A stretch of 64,000 nt of DNA from an uncultured delta proteobacterium (GTDB lineage Bacteria > Desulfobacterota > Binatia > UBA9968), in the NCBI GenBank assembly GCA_963816145.1, contig CAWFJP010000029.1:32001-96000 (forward strand). The letters run 5' to 3'. Both the position numbers and the translations under genes were made by a program. This document shows positions 42,564 through 52,449 of this stretch, in pieces. The first letter of the stretch is position 1, and every line of letters begins with the position of its first letter. The notes beneath the pieces are model-generated. The model was not told where the DNA came from and ran no database searches. It saw only the letters and a program-made list of their open reading frames with translations.

Positions 42564-43017
42564 AAGTTAGCGCGGGTCTCAACTCGCGACAGGTTATAGC
42601 AAAGCCGTGCGCAAAGAAGGGAACCTAACGGTTCGTGAGGATCTGCGTTACTCTACTCTAGATTTGGTCTAACGATCTATTTCGGAGTAGTGGGTTTTCA
42701 CGAACGCTAAAGATAAAGATCCGACCTTATTTCTCCTTATTTCTCTTCCAGTCCTTGTCCTCTTCGCACTAAAAAACGTTCCGGTTTTGTGCCAAAACCA
42801 GGTGCCAATCCGTAGCACTCTTTAATACCCCCCAAAATAAAAAAGCCTGAAAACCCACGCTCTTTCACACTCACGATCAGGTCCACCGGGTCAGATGCGC
42901 GAGGTCACCGGAGTTACCATCGAACGCCATTACCACTGTCCCAGCACCCAACCCATTCTTTTTTTGAACCTTTCGCGAAGCTGCCCCATCGCCCCGGCAC
43001 TCTTCAGCTACCTTGCT

Positions 43018-43870
43018 CTAGGATTTCACAAGCGTTTCCGATCCATCCTGACCTCCAAGGCGGTCTGCAATAGATTTGCATTTCTCGGCGACTGAAGAAG
43101 AGGTTGTCAACCGCAACAACGCTTCGGCAATATGTTCGGGCTGCCACTTTGGCGGCGGCAAGAATTCGGCCACACCGAGCCTCTGCAATCGCTCGGCATT
43201 ATCGGGGCGGTTAGATCTTTGGTAAGACCAATTGCGGAATGCCCGTTTCCAGCGCACAAGCTAGGGTAGCGAGTCCGCCATGATGTATCACCACCCGAAT
43301 CTGCTGCATAAGTTTCCGAAATGGCAACATCCCAATCCAACTCACGCACTGAGAACAATCATTTGGTAGTTGAGTTGAATGTTGCATCGCTGCGATCCCC
43401 GCAAAATTCAGAAGTTCGCAGGCCTTTGCAGCGACGCGATAAAACTCGGCGTCTAGGTAATTGCCTGTGCCGGCGGAAATCAAGACTGTCGGCTTGCCAC
43501 AGTTGAGGATATCTTTGATCGCTAGCGGGAAGTCTCCGTCGGTCGCGTCATCCTCGCTTATGAACCCCACCGGGACTACAGGGATTAGGCAATTAGCGTT
43601 GGACTCCGCGAACCATTCCGGCCACAATCCCGCTCCCATCGTTGGATGACCGAAATCACGGTTTTCCTGGGACATTGACGGCAGATCTAAAGGGATACGA
43701 ATTTGGTTTATCTCAGACCGAAGGGTACGCGAAAATAACTGCTCCCTGAGGTTCCAGGTGGCGACCTGACTCGGAGTGCCGAAAATCCACCGCACCGGCA
43801 GCCGGAGTTTTACGGCCACTAGGCGCGGAACAAGATCGAACAAATCTCTGGTGACGATAATTGAATTTTT
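43018..43870 (-). pseudogene. GT1-family glycosyltransferase, 3' part, frameshifted and IS-interrupted
   Basis: GLWPEWF, VIHHGGLAT...GIPQLVLP, then DRPDNAERLQRLGV in another frame. Confidence 0.8.
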
Positions 43871-45315
43871 GACTTTGTTCGAAAGTTACGTGATGGCATT
43901 GGACCAGCGCCAGAAAATCTGAAGCGATACCAGCTTGATCTTGGAACAGTTGCCTGCGTTGTCCCACAGCGTCGACCAAAGCTCGGGATTGAAAATCTTG
44001 TAGAAGGTCACCTTCAACCAATTCAATAGTCCTTGCTCTGACCAACGTCTGCCCACCCGTTTGATCCGATTGTTCACCTGGCTAAAGGCACTCTCGATGG
44101 CGTTGGTCGTTAGCGGTATGACTTCCCCGTTGTCCAGCCAGTGTTGGAGAAACGTGGTGACCAGGGTCATGAGAATTTCTATATAGGTTCGAGTCCGGGG
44201 ATAGAGTTGAGGGTCCAAAACCCCGAGCAATTGCTCGAAACCCTGTTGGGTCTTCTCCACCATCTGCTCGACTACGGGACGATCCTCAGGTCGAAGCTTC
44301 TCCATGTCGCCTTGGGTGAGCGTCATCGCAGGGACCGATTTCAGCTTGTCGACCAGCAAGCCTTGCTCGGCTTTCTTGAAACCATCGGCGTACAAGACAT
44401 AGGGAAACTCCCGTTTGCCGTGCCACTGACAGCGCTGGGGTTTCATGCCCGGGTGCAAAAGGCTCTCGGCAATTCCCACCCCGGCGTCTGAGAAAAGCAC
44501 CTCCAGCCGGTGGTAATCGACCCGGACCTCTAGCTCTTTGCGGATCTCCCTCCACTCGGTGTCGATCCAGAAACCGACAGGCTCAAAGCGATTCAATCCT
44601 CCCGACGACGCCATCGCCCAACGCATCTCCACTTGCCCTAACTCTTTGCCCTCTCCCCCTTGCAAGTGACCTTGGTGCCGTCCACCACCAGAAATCGAAA
44701 ATCTCGGTCTTTCATCGATCCAAACGGCTCATGGCGGCGGCCCAATCTCTGAAGTCGATTGTGAACCGTGGTATGGCTCATCGACTGCCCAGCAATCCGC
44801 TCCACTTCGCTTTGCGCTCGCCGATACGACACATGAATCGTCAGCTCGATGCTCGGCTCCAAAGCGTCTTCCAGGCACTGCTCGTAGGCCGGAATCGCCA
44901 GGGCATCGACCAAAGGCATCAGGCTGCGTCCGCTCTGTCGATCCCGAAGCGGCGCGAACCGATAACCAATAGTTGCTAAAGAGCACCTCAGTTGACGGGA
45001 CCTACTTTGACGACCGTTGCGCTGATAGCGCCCGGGTTCGTTGTCGATCATCGCCTCGATCATGCGCTCTTCAAGGGCTTGCATCAGCTCAACTAAAATC
45101 TCCCCATGAATCCGCCCTAGGGATTCTTTCAGCCCGCCAATCAAACCGTTGATCGTCAGTGCCGATTCTGGTATCTCAAAAACCAAGCGTAGCTCCAACG
45201 TGATCTCGCCCAACGGATTGCTCCCCTCTTTGGGTGTGGCAACACAAAGATGAAAGCAATCCGTTTCTGTTTCAACTTCGAACACTACCCCTTCACGTTA
45301 CTTTCGAACAAAGTC
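43871..45315 (-). mobile_element. ISH6/UPF0236-like DDE insertion sequence (~1445 bp); transposase frameshifted near 44650
   Basis: Terminal IRs GACTTTGTTCGAAAGT(T/A)ACGTGA and flanking direct repeat (G/C)AATTTTT. Motifs VDGTKV, SDAG, QRCQWH, TTNAIESAF...KRVGRRWS..G. Confidence 0.85.
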
Positions 45316-45511
45316 CAATTTTTGCTTATGCACAGACGAGAAACCAGTTATATTCGTCGAGCGCGCGTGAAAGGGAATAACCTCGGAGGAAATCCGGAAT
45401 GCCCTGCGGAGTGTTCAGTAGCTTCTGGTCTTGCAGGAATTTTTCATATTCTTCTGGAGTATCTATCGCGACAAAGTCGAGATTTACTTTTAGCCCTAGC
45501 TTCGTAAACAC
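45316..45511 (-). pseudogene. 5' fragment of the interrupted glycosyltransferase
   Basis: LDFVAIDTPEEYEKFLQDQKLLN resembles a GT1 N-domain and is collinear with the fragment on the other side of the IS. Confidence 0.6.
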
Positions 45512-45554
45512 AATGTGTAATTAAGCCGATCAACGTTGGGACATTAGTGAGAGT

Positions 45555-46583
45555 ATGCTTAAAATTACCTCGACACCCAAGAGAGTCATAAGAAAGTCTG
45601 CCAGGTTGGCATATTATGGTTTACTTCACAGGTTCTTACCAGATCCGCTATCTGATTCAATCTGTACCGTGATAGAGGCAAGCCCAACACTTGGTGATGT
45701 TCTTGGGGCGACTGAAACATCAAGAATGATTTCTGATCTCATCTCGTCTGAGCATCCGTTTCTTGTTGGCCGTTTCGGAGCCACCGAGATGCGCTTGCTA
45801 ATTAATTACTATTTCTCAGAGGTCAATGAGAACAAGTTTGGAAAATTGCTCGACTACCTGCTTTATGGCACTCGATATAATATCACTGAGAAAATGATGG
45901 AGAATGCCCAGACATGTTCGGGGATTTTTCCGCTGAAACTGAAGGACTTTCATGATTTCTGTCGCATTTACATTGATTCCGCTTTGGAGATTGACTTACT
46001 CGCCTCATGGTTGAAGGGCGAGAACTTATTTGTTGATCGTTCGCGAAGAATGATGAGCACAAGTCTCCCAAACATTGAACCTTACTATCACGAATCCCCT
46101 TGGTCCGCAGCCCTTGAGGGTCGAAAGGTATTAGTAATACATCCCTATGCTGAGTCGATCGAGCTTCAGTATCACAATCACCGTCAGATGCTATTTGAGA
46201 ATCCCAATGTTCTCCCTGACTTTGAGCTAGTTACATACAAGTCAGTCCAGTCTCTTGGAGGGCAAAAATCGGAATATAAATCGTGGACAGAAGCTATTGA
46301 GGCCATGAAGAATGACATACACAAGATCGAATTTGATATTGCCATTCTTGGATGTGGAGCCTACGGCTTGCCATTAGCATCTACGATCAAAAAGAATCTC
46401 AAAAAGCAAGCTATTCATTTAGGGGGAGCAACCCAAATCCTTTTTGGCATCAAGGGGTTAAGATGGGACAGGATGGAAGAGGTGTGTAAATTCTATAATA
46501 ATTATTGGACACGCCCCCTGCCACACGAGGTGCCAGAGGCTAGCAAGTTGTTTGAAGCTGTTGAAGGTAGTGGTTACTGGTGA
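45555..46583 (+). CDS. Low-GC hypothetical protein, possibly GT-D-fold/polysaccharide-locus associated
   Basis: GRFGATE, EPYY...PWS..LEGRKVLVIHP, GCGAYGLPLA, HLGGATQILFGI.G.RW; AT-rich codons. Confidence 0.6.
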   Translation: MLKITSTPKRVIRKSARLAYYGLLHRFLPDPLSDSICTVIEASPTLGDVLGATETSRMISDLISSEHPFLVGRFGATEMRLLINYYFSEVNENKFGKLLDYLLYGTRYNITEKMMENAQTCSGIFPLKLKDFHDFCRIYIDSALEIDLLASWLKGENLFVDRSRRMMSTSLPNIEPYYHESPWSAALEGRKVLVIHPYAESIELQYHNHRQMLFENPNVLPDFELVTYKSVQSLGGQKSEYKSWTEAIEAMKNDIHKIEFDIAILGCGAYGLPLASTIKKNLKKQAIHLGGATQILFGIKGLRWDRMEEVCKFYNNYWTRPLPHEVPEASKLFEAVEGSGYW

Positions 46584-46910
46584 GCTATAATCAAAAAGAG
46601 TGGAAATAGAAAATAGGTGCCGTACCCTTTCGTGAAGATCAAAACGAAAGGCTGCCTGTTGAAGCAGCGGAACTTGTCAATAAAATGAGACACACCCGAA
46701 ATGGAAATTAGAGTACAACAACCTCACTCGATTGAATAAAAATAGCGATGATCTCAGGCAAGACGGGACTCTTGTTGAAGCTCCTGTTCGGTTAACTTAA
46801 ACGTGTCGACTCGGTAACCCGCCAGCTTGGTTAGGAAGAGCGGCTTCGGAATCCCTTAGGCTCGAAATTTCGTTAAAAATATACTAGTTGTACTCAGAGG
46901 CCGGTTGCAG

Positions 46911-47390
46911 ATGGGTGGCTGGACTATCGTTACAACTTCGCCGCGGCAAAGCCAAAATCTGGGACGAAACCTTGGGAAATTGGTTCAAGGCGGCGAGATC
47001 ATTGGTCTTGTCGGCGAGCTTGGTGCGGGCAAGACCTGCTTTGTGCGCGGTTTCGCTCAGGGGATCGAAGTAGGCGCTGATGCCTGGGTGCGCAGCCCGA
47101 CGTTTACTTTGATCAATGAGTACAGTGGACGGTTGCCGGTCTATCACATCGATCTATATCGGGTCGGCAAGCAGGCGGAAATCGACAGTCTCAATCTGCG
47201 CGAATATCTCTACGGCGACGGCGTTAGCTTGATCGAATGGTTCGAGTTCTTGCCCGCCCATGAGGTCGATGAGTATCTCGAGTTGCGCATTACGCATGGC
47301 GGCGGCAACCGGCGGGAGCTGAGGTTTGTTGCCCATGGTGCGCGATATGAAGTGTTAGTGCAAGCTTTGCGGTCCAAATGGAAAGTATAA
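46911..47390 (+). CDS. tsaE: t6A biosynthesis ATPase TsaE
   Basis: GELGAGKT, SPTFTL, HIDLYR, IEW. Confidence 0.96.
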   Translation: MGGWTIVTTSPRQSQNLGRNLGKLVQGGEIIGLVGELGAGKTCFVRGFAQGIEVGADAWVRSPTFTLINEYSGRLPVYHIDLYRVGKQAEIDSLNLREYLYGDGVSLIEWFEFLPAHEVDEYLELRITHGGGNRRELRFVAHGARYEVLVQALRSKWKV

Positions 47391-47521
47391 TTTTGGATTT
47401 TAGATTTTCGATTTTGGATTGTCGGAATGCGGTTGCGATTCGCTCTGCAAGGCTTGCATTACTATGTCCGAATTCCCCAATCCAAAAGCGGCCCCGCGGA
47501 CCAAAATCTAAAATCCAAAAT
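47389..47521. repeat. 7-mer (ATTTTGG/ATTTTAG) inverted tandem repeat
   Basis: ATTTTGG ATTTTAG ATTTTCG ATTTTGG ... CCAAAAT CTAAAAT CCAAAAT. Confidence 0.85.
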
Positions 47522-47540
47522 AGGTTGTGGGGTTAGGTAC

Positions 47541-48752
47541 GTGGCATTACTGGTGCAAAAATACGGCGGGACGTCCGTTGGCTCGATCGATAAGATCAAA
47601 AACGTCGCCGCGAAGGTTGCGGCGGCGAAGCGGGCCGGCAACGATGTCGTCGTGGTAGTTTCCGCCATGGCCGGCGAGACCAATCGGTTGATTGCGTTGG
47701 CACAGGAGATTTCCCGAATTCCTGACGAACGGGAAAAAGATGTCTTGATCGCCACCGGTGAACAAGTGACGGTGGCACTGTTGAGTTTGGCGCTCAAAGA
47801 GATCGGCCAGCCGGCACGCTCATACTTGGGCCATCAGGTGAGGATCGAGACCGACAATGCGTATGGCAAAGCGTGCATCTTGAGCATCGATTCGACCAAG
47901 ATCGTCCAGGCGCTCGGTGCCGGCGAGGTGGTCGTAGTCGCGGGCTTCCAAGGCGTCGATGAAAACGACAACATCACCACGCTTGGTCGTGGCGGCTCGG
48001 ACACCAGCGCGGTGGCGCTGGCGGCTTTTCTCAACGCCCAAGCCTGTGAGATTTACACCGATGTCGAAGGCGTTTTCACCACCGACCCGCGCATTTGTCC
48101 GCAGGCCAAGAAATTAAATAGAGTTTCTTATGACGAAATGATCGAGTTGGCCAGCACCGGCGCCAAAGTTCTAGAGATCCGTTCCGTCGAATTCGCGAAA
48201 AAATATGGTGTCCCGGTGCATGTCCGTTCGACCTTTTCCGAGGTCGAAGGCACTTGGCTGATCGAGGAGGACGAAAGTATGAGCGATGTATTAGTTTCCG
48301 GTGTTGCTTGCGATAAGAACGAAGCCAAGATTACCCTGGTCCGGGTGCCCGATCAGCCCGGTCTGGCGGCGCAGATATTCGGTCCCATCGCCGATGCTCA
48401 TATCGTCGTCGACATGATTATCCAGAACGCCAGCGAGGACGGCACGACGGATCTGACTTTCACTGTCCCCAAGGCCGATCATCAAAGGGCTCTCAGCATC
48501 GTCGAGAAATCCCTGCCGGAAGTGCATGCCAAAGGGGTGAGGGTCGATACCGATATTGCCAAGGTTTCCGTGGTTGGTGTCGGCATGCGGACGCACGCCG
48601 GCGTGGCGGCGACCATGTTCCACACGCTGGCGCGGGAGAAGATCAACATTCAAATGATTTCGACCTCGGAGATCAAAATTTCCGTGGTGGTCGGCGCTAA
48701 GCAGTCGGATCAAGCGGTGCGCGCATTGCATCAGGCCTTCATCACGAATTAG
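47541..48752 (+). CDS. lysC: Aspartate kinase
   Basis: VQKYGGTSV, TTLGRGGSDTSA, two ACT domains, ISTSEIKIS. Confidence 0.96.
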   Translation: MALLVQKYGGTSVGSIDKIKNVAAKVAAAKRAGNDVVVVVSAMAGETNRLIALAQEISRIPDEREKDVLIATGEQVTVALLSLALKEIGQPARSYLGHQVRIETDNAYGKACILSIDSTKIVQALGAGEVVVVAGFQGVDENDNITTLGRGGSDTSAVALAAFLNAQACEIYTDVEGVFTTDPRICPQAKKLNRVSYDEMIELASTGAKVLEIRSVEFAKKYGVPVHVRSTFSEVEGTWLIEEDESMSDVLVSGVACDKNEAKITLVRVPDQPGLAAQIFGPIADAHIVVDMIIQNASEDGTTDLTFTVPKADHQRALSIVEKSLPEVHAKGVRVDTDIAKVSVVGVGMRTHAGVAATMFHTLAREKINIQMISTSEIKISVVVGAKQSDQAVRALHQAFITN

Positions 48753-48760
48753 AGGAAGTT

Positions 48761-50341
48761 ATGAAAGATGTTTTGCTTTATGACACAACCCTGAGAGACG
48801 GCTGCCAAGCCGAAGATGTTTCATTTACGCTCGAGGACAAGCTGCGCATCGCCGCGAAATTGGACGAACTCGGCATCGATTACATCGAAGGCGGTTATCC
48901 CGGCTCCAACGACCGCGACGCCGATTTTTTCAAGCGCGTCAAAAAACTCAAGCTCAAGAACGCCAAGGTGGCGTCCTTCGGCACGACCATGAAGGTCGGC
49001 ATCAAGCCATCGCAGGATTTCAATCTTCGAGTGCTGCTCGAAGCCGATACCCCGGTGGTGACTTTGGTTGGCAAGACTTGGGACTTGCATGTACGCGACG
49101 ACTTGCGCATCAGCCAGAAGGCCAATCTGGAGATCATCGCCGACTCCATCGCCTATATGAAGAAGCGGGTCGATGAAGTGATCTTCGACGCCGAGCACTT
49201 CTTCGATGGGTTCAGAGCCAATCCCGACTACGCCATCGAGTGTCTGAAAGCGGCGCAGGATGGCGGCGCGGATTGGATCGTCCTGTGCGAGACCAATGGC
49301 GGGCGCTTGCCTGGCGATATTCGCGAAGCACTGACTCAGGTCAACCGCGCGGTGAAGACGCCGCTGGGGATTCACTGCCACAACGACGGCGAGCTGGCGG
49401 TGGCCAATACGCTCGCCGGCGTGGAGATGGGCGTGACCCAGGTGCAGGGCACCATCAATGGCTTCGGCGAACGCTGCGGCAACATGAATTTGATTTCGGT
49501 AATCGCCAACATGCAGCTTAAGATGGGCAAAAAATGCGTGACGCCGGCGCAGTTGAAAAAACTCCGCGAAGTCTCGCAGCTGTTTTATGAGCTGGCCAAT
49601 ATCAATCCGAATAAACGCCAAGCCTATGTTGGCGACAGTGCGTTCGCCCACAAAGGCGGTTTGCATGTTTCCGGCGTGCTCAAGAACCGCGAGACCTACG
49701 AGCATATCGATCCCGAAGTGGTCGGCAACCGCCAGCGGGTTTTGGTTTCTGATCTTTCCGGCCGCAGCAACGTCGTCTACAAAGGCAAAGAGTACGGCAT
49801 CGATTTGACGGACAAGAACGACGCGATCAAAGAGGTGCTGCGCCGGACCAAGGAGCTTGAGGGCCAAGGTTACGAGTATCAAGCCGCGGAAGCTTCTTTC
49901 GAGTTGTTGATTCAAGAAGCGCTGGGCAAGAAAAAGAAAAATTTCAGTTTGATCGGTTTCCGGGTGATCGATGAAAAACGCAAAGAAGGCGAGCCGCCGA
50001 TGTCCGAGGCAACGATTCAAGTGCAGGTCGACGGGGAGATGGAGCATGCGGCGGCCATGGGCAACGGTCCGGTGAACGCGCTGGACCAAGCGCTGCGCCG
50101 AGCGCTGACCAAATTCTACCCGGCGCTCAAGCAAGTCGAGTTGCTCGATTACAAAGTCCGGGTGCTGTCTTCCGGCGAAGGCACCGGCGCGGTGGTGCGA
50201 GTGCTGATCGAATCGGGCGACGGCAAGGACCGCTGGGGCACCGTCGGGGTCTCGCACGATCTCATCGAGGCGAGCTGGCAAGCGCTGGTCGACAGCATCG
50301 ACTACAAGTTGTACAAGGATGCGCGGCATAGGGCGAATTAG
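48761..50341 (+). CDS. cimA: Citramalate synthase
   Basis: DTTLRDG.Q, FDAEHFFDG, HCHND, AHKGGLH, GNGPVNAL. Confidence 0.92.
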   Translation: MKDVLLYDTTLRDGCQAEDVSFTLEDKLRIAAKLDELGIDYIEGGYPGSNDRDADFFKRVKKLKLKNAKVASFGTTMKVGIKPSQDFNLRVLLEADTPVVTLVGKTWDLHVRDDLRISQKANLEIIADSIAYMKKRVDEVIFDAEHFFDGFRANPDYAIECLKAAQDGGADWIVLCETNGGRLPGDIREALTQVNRAVKTPLGIHCHNDGELAVANTLAGVEMGVTQVQGTINGFGERCGNMNLISVIANMQLKMGKKCVTPAQLKKLREVSQLFYELANINPNKRQAYVGDSAFAHKGGLHVSGVLKNRETYEHIDPEVVGNRQRVLVSDLSGRSNVVYKGKEYGIDLTDKNDAIKEVLRRTKELEGQGYEYQAAEASFELLIQEALGKKKKNFSLIGFRVIDEKRKEGEPPMSEATIQVQVDGEMEHAAAMGNGPVNALDQALRRALTKFYPALKQVELLDYKVRVLSSGEGTGAVVRVLIESGDGKDRWGTVGVSHDLIEASWQALVDSIDYKLYKDARHRAN

Positions 50342-50346
50342 GGGGA

Positions 50347-50427
50347 AGGCAATAGGCAATAGGCATCAGGCAATAGTAAGATTCAGGATTCCAAATCTAT
50401 TGCCTGATGCCTATTGCCTGTTGCCTG
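50347..50427. repeat. 7-mer (AGGCAAT) inverted tandem repeat
   Basis: Four AGGCAAT-like units, a spacer, then four ATTGCCT-like units. Confidence 0.88.
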
Positions 50428-50433
50428 CTTTCC

Positions 50434-51168
50434 ATGTGGCACACGATTAAAGAAGACTTTCAGGTGATTTCGCAGCGTGACCCGGCGTTGCGTTCGGTCT
50501 GGGAGATCGTGCTGGCCTATCCGGGATTTCATGCGATCGTGCTGCACCGCATGGCGCATGCGCTGTGGCGCCAGGGGCTGACGACGTTGGCTCGCTTCGT
50601 GAGCCATGTGGGCCGATTCCTTACCGGTATCGAGATTCACCCGGGAGCTAAAGTCGGCCGGCGCTTCTTCATCGATCACGGCATGGGCGTGGTGATCGGC
50701 GAGACCGCCGAGATCGGCGACGACGTCACCATTTATCAAGGCGTCACGCTCGGCGGCACCTCGACTCAGCGCATCAAGCGCCATCCGACCATTGAGGATT
50801 CCGTGACGATTTTCAGCGGCGCGGCGGTGCTCGGCCCGGTGACGGTCGGGCGTCATAGCCGAGTCGGCGCTGGCTCGGTGCTCGTCACTTCGGTGCCGGC
50901 CCATTCCACTGTGGTCGGTATTCCCGGCAAAGTGGTCAAAGTCGAAGCGCAGCACACGCCGGCGGGCAAGGCGATCATCGATCTAAATTCCGCCGACCTG
51001 CCCGATCCCATCGCCAAGGCTTTGAGCGCGGTGGGCGATTACATTGAAAAGCTGGAAAAGAAGGTCGACGAGCTGAGCGCGCGTCAAGGCGGGCTCGAAG
51101 AGAAAACCGCGGAAGAGACCGAAGAGATCAATCGGATCAAAGAAGTGCTGCGCAATACCGGAAGTTGA
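50434..51168 (+). CDS. cysE: Serine O-acetyltransferase
   Basis: [29 protein letters not shown]. Confidence 0.96.
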   Translation: MWHTIKEDFQVISQRDPALRSVWEIVLAYPGFHAIVLHRMAHALWRQGLTTLARFVSHVGRFLTGIEIHPGAKVGRRFFIDHGMGVVIGETAEIGDDVTIYQGVTLGGTSTQRIKRHPTIEDSVTIFSGAAVLGPVTVGRHSRVGAGSVLVTSVPAHSTVVGIPGKVVKVEAQHTPAGKAIIDLNSADLPDPIAKALSAVGDYIEKLEKKVDELSARQGGLEEKTAEETEEINRIKEVLRNTGS

Positions 51169-51194
51169 ATCGAAGGCACTCGGCAATAGTCTGG

Positions 51195-51252
51195 ATCGTC
51201 TGAACCTTTAGCTTGTTTGGTTCCAATTGTTCCCGACGTTCCAATGGTTCCA
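51195..51252. repeat. Degenerate GTTCCA/GTTCAA-family repeat
   Basis: GGTTCCAA TTGTTCCCG ACGTTCCAA TGGTTCCA with a 9-bp period. Confidence 0.55.
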
Positions 51253-51278
51253 GGAAGAATAACTCGGTTACGTAAGTC

Positions 51279-52345
51279 ATGAACCCACCGCGTAAAAAAA
51301 TTGTCGTGGCCATGAGCGGCGGAGTCGATAGCTCGGTGACCGCGGCGCTGTTGGTGGAGCAGGGGCTATGAGGTCCTCGGCGTCTCGCTGCGCATGTGGG
51401 AGGGCGAGAAGGGGCCTCGCGTCTGCTCGGATCATCGCGGCGCGGCAGGAAGTGGCCAAGCATCTGGGCATCCCGCACACGTTGATCGATTTGCGTGAGC
51501 AATTCGCCAACACCGTGGTCAAGCCATTCGCTCAAGACTACCTGCACGGTCGCACGCCCAACCCCTGCGTCGCGTGCAACCGGGATTTTAAGCTCGGCAC
51601 GCTGTTGCGCTGGGCCGAAGAGCAAGGCGCGGCTGGTGTCGCCACCGGTCATTACGCACGGGTGAGCAGCGATCCGGCGACCGGGCACGTCTCCCTTCAA
51701 CGCGGTGTCGATGCCGGCAAAGACCAGTCGTATTTTCTTTTCGCGCTGTCGCAATCGCAATTGTCGCGAACCCTGTTTCCCCTGGGCGAGATGTATAAGA
51801 GCGCCGTGCGCGAGAAAGCCCGGCAGTTGAACTTACCCGCGGCGGAGCGGCCGGAGAGCCAGGATATCTGTTTCGGTGATTACAAGGCCCTGGTTGCCAG
51901 CTACGCGGCGCCGAGTGATTTGGGCGGTGGCAATGTCGTCGACGGATCGGGCAAAGTGCTTGGGCACCATGGCGGTATTCACACCGTGACGGTTGGGCAG
52001 CGGCGAGGCTTGGGCATCTCGGCGTCGCAACCGCTCTACGTCGTCGACATCGACGCTGCTTCGAAGCGCGTCGTGGTTGGCAGCAAGACCGATTTGAACT
52101 GCAAAGGTCTGATAGCGCGCTCGGTGAATTGGCTCGAAGCGCCGGGCGATACGGCCGTCGCCGCCGCAGTGCAGATTCGCTATCGCGCCCAGGCGGTGGC
52201 TTGCGTGATTCAACCCATGGCCGACGGTCGTTGCGAAGTGCGCTTCGAGAGTCCTTTGCCGGCCGTCACGCCCGGACAAGCGGCGGTTTTTTATCGAGGC
52301 GATCAGGTGCTGGGCGGCGGCTGGATCGAGCGTGCGCTGCGTTAG
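51279..52345 (+). CDS. mnmA: tRNA 2-thiouridylase MnmA (two apparent +1 indels near 51365 and 51445)
   Basis: AMSGGVDS from ATG 51279, then GRTPNPCVACN, ATGHYA, KDQSYFL, ESQDICF, GQRRGL, TPGQAAVFY. Confidence 0.93.
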
Positions 52346-52370
52346 CGCAGCGCACGCGATTACATATTAC

Positions 52371-52435
52371 AAATTCCAAATTGCAAATTTCCGGATCCGA
52401 GGAATATGGAATATGGAATCTGTAATTTGGAATTT
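52371..52435. repeat. 7-mer (AAATTCC/GGAATAT) inverted tandem repeat
   Basis: AAATTCC AAATTGC AAATTTC ... GGAATAT GGAATAT GGAATCT ... GGAATTT. Confidence 0.8.
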
Positions 52436-52449
52436 CACGAAGTGAACCG

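Noticed and set aside
42780-42900. Possible tRNA or prophage att site
   Set aside because: No cloverleaf or T-loop consensus was recognised, and there are no integrase or phage genes nearby.
48821-50359. 512-aa antisense ORF (also 8939..10126, 23475..24179, 33816..34475 and similar)
   Set aside because: These are shadow ORFs opposite clear genes, expected from high-GC codon bias.
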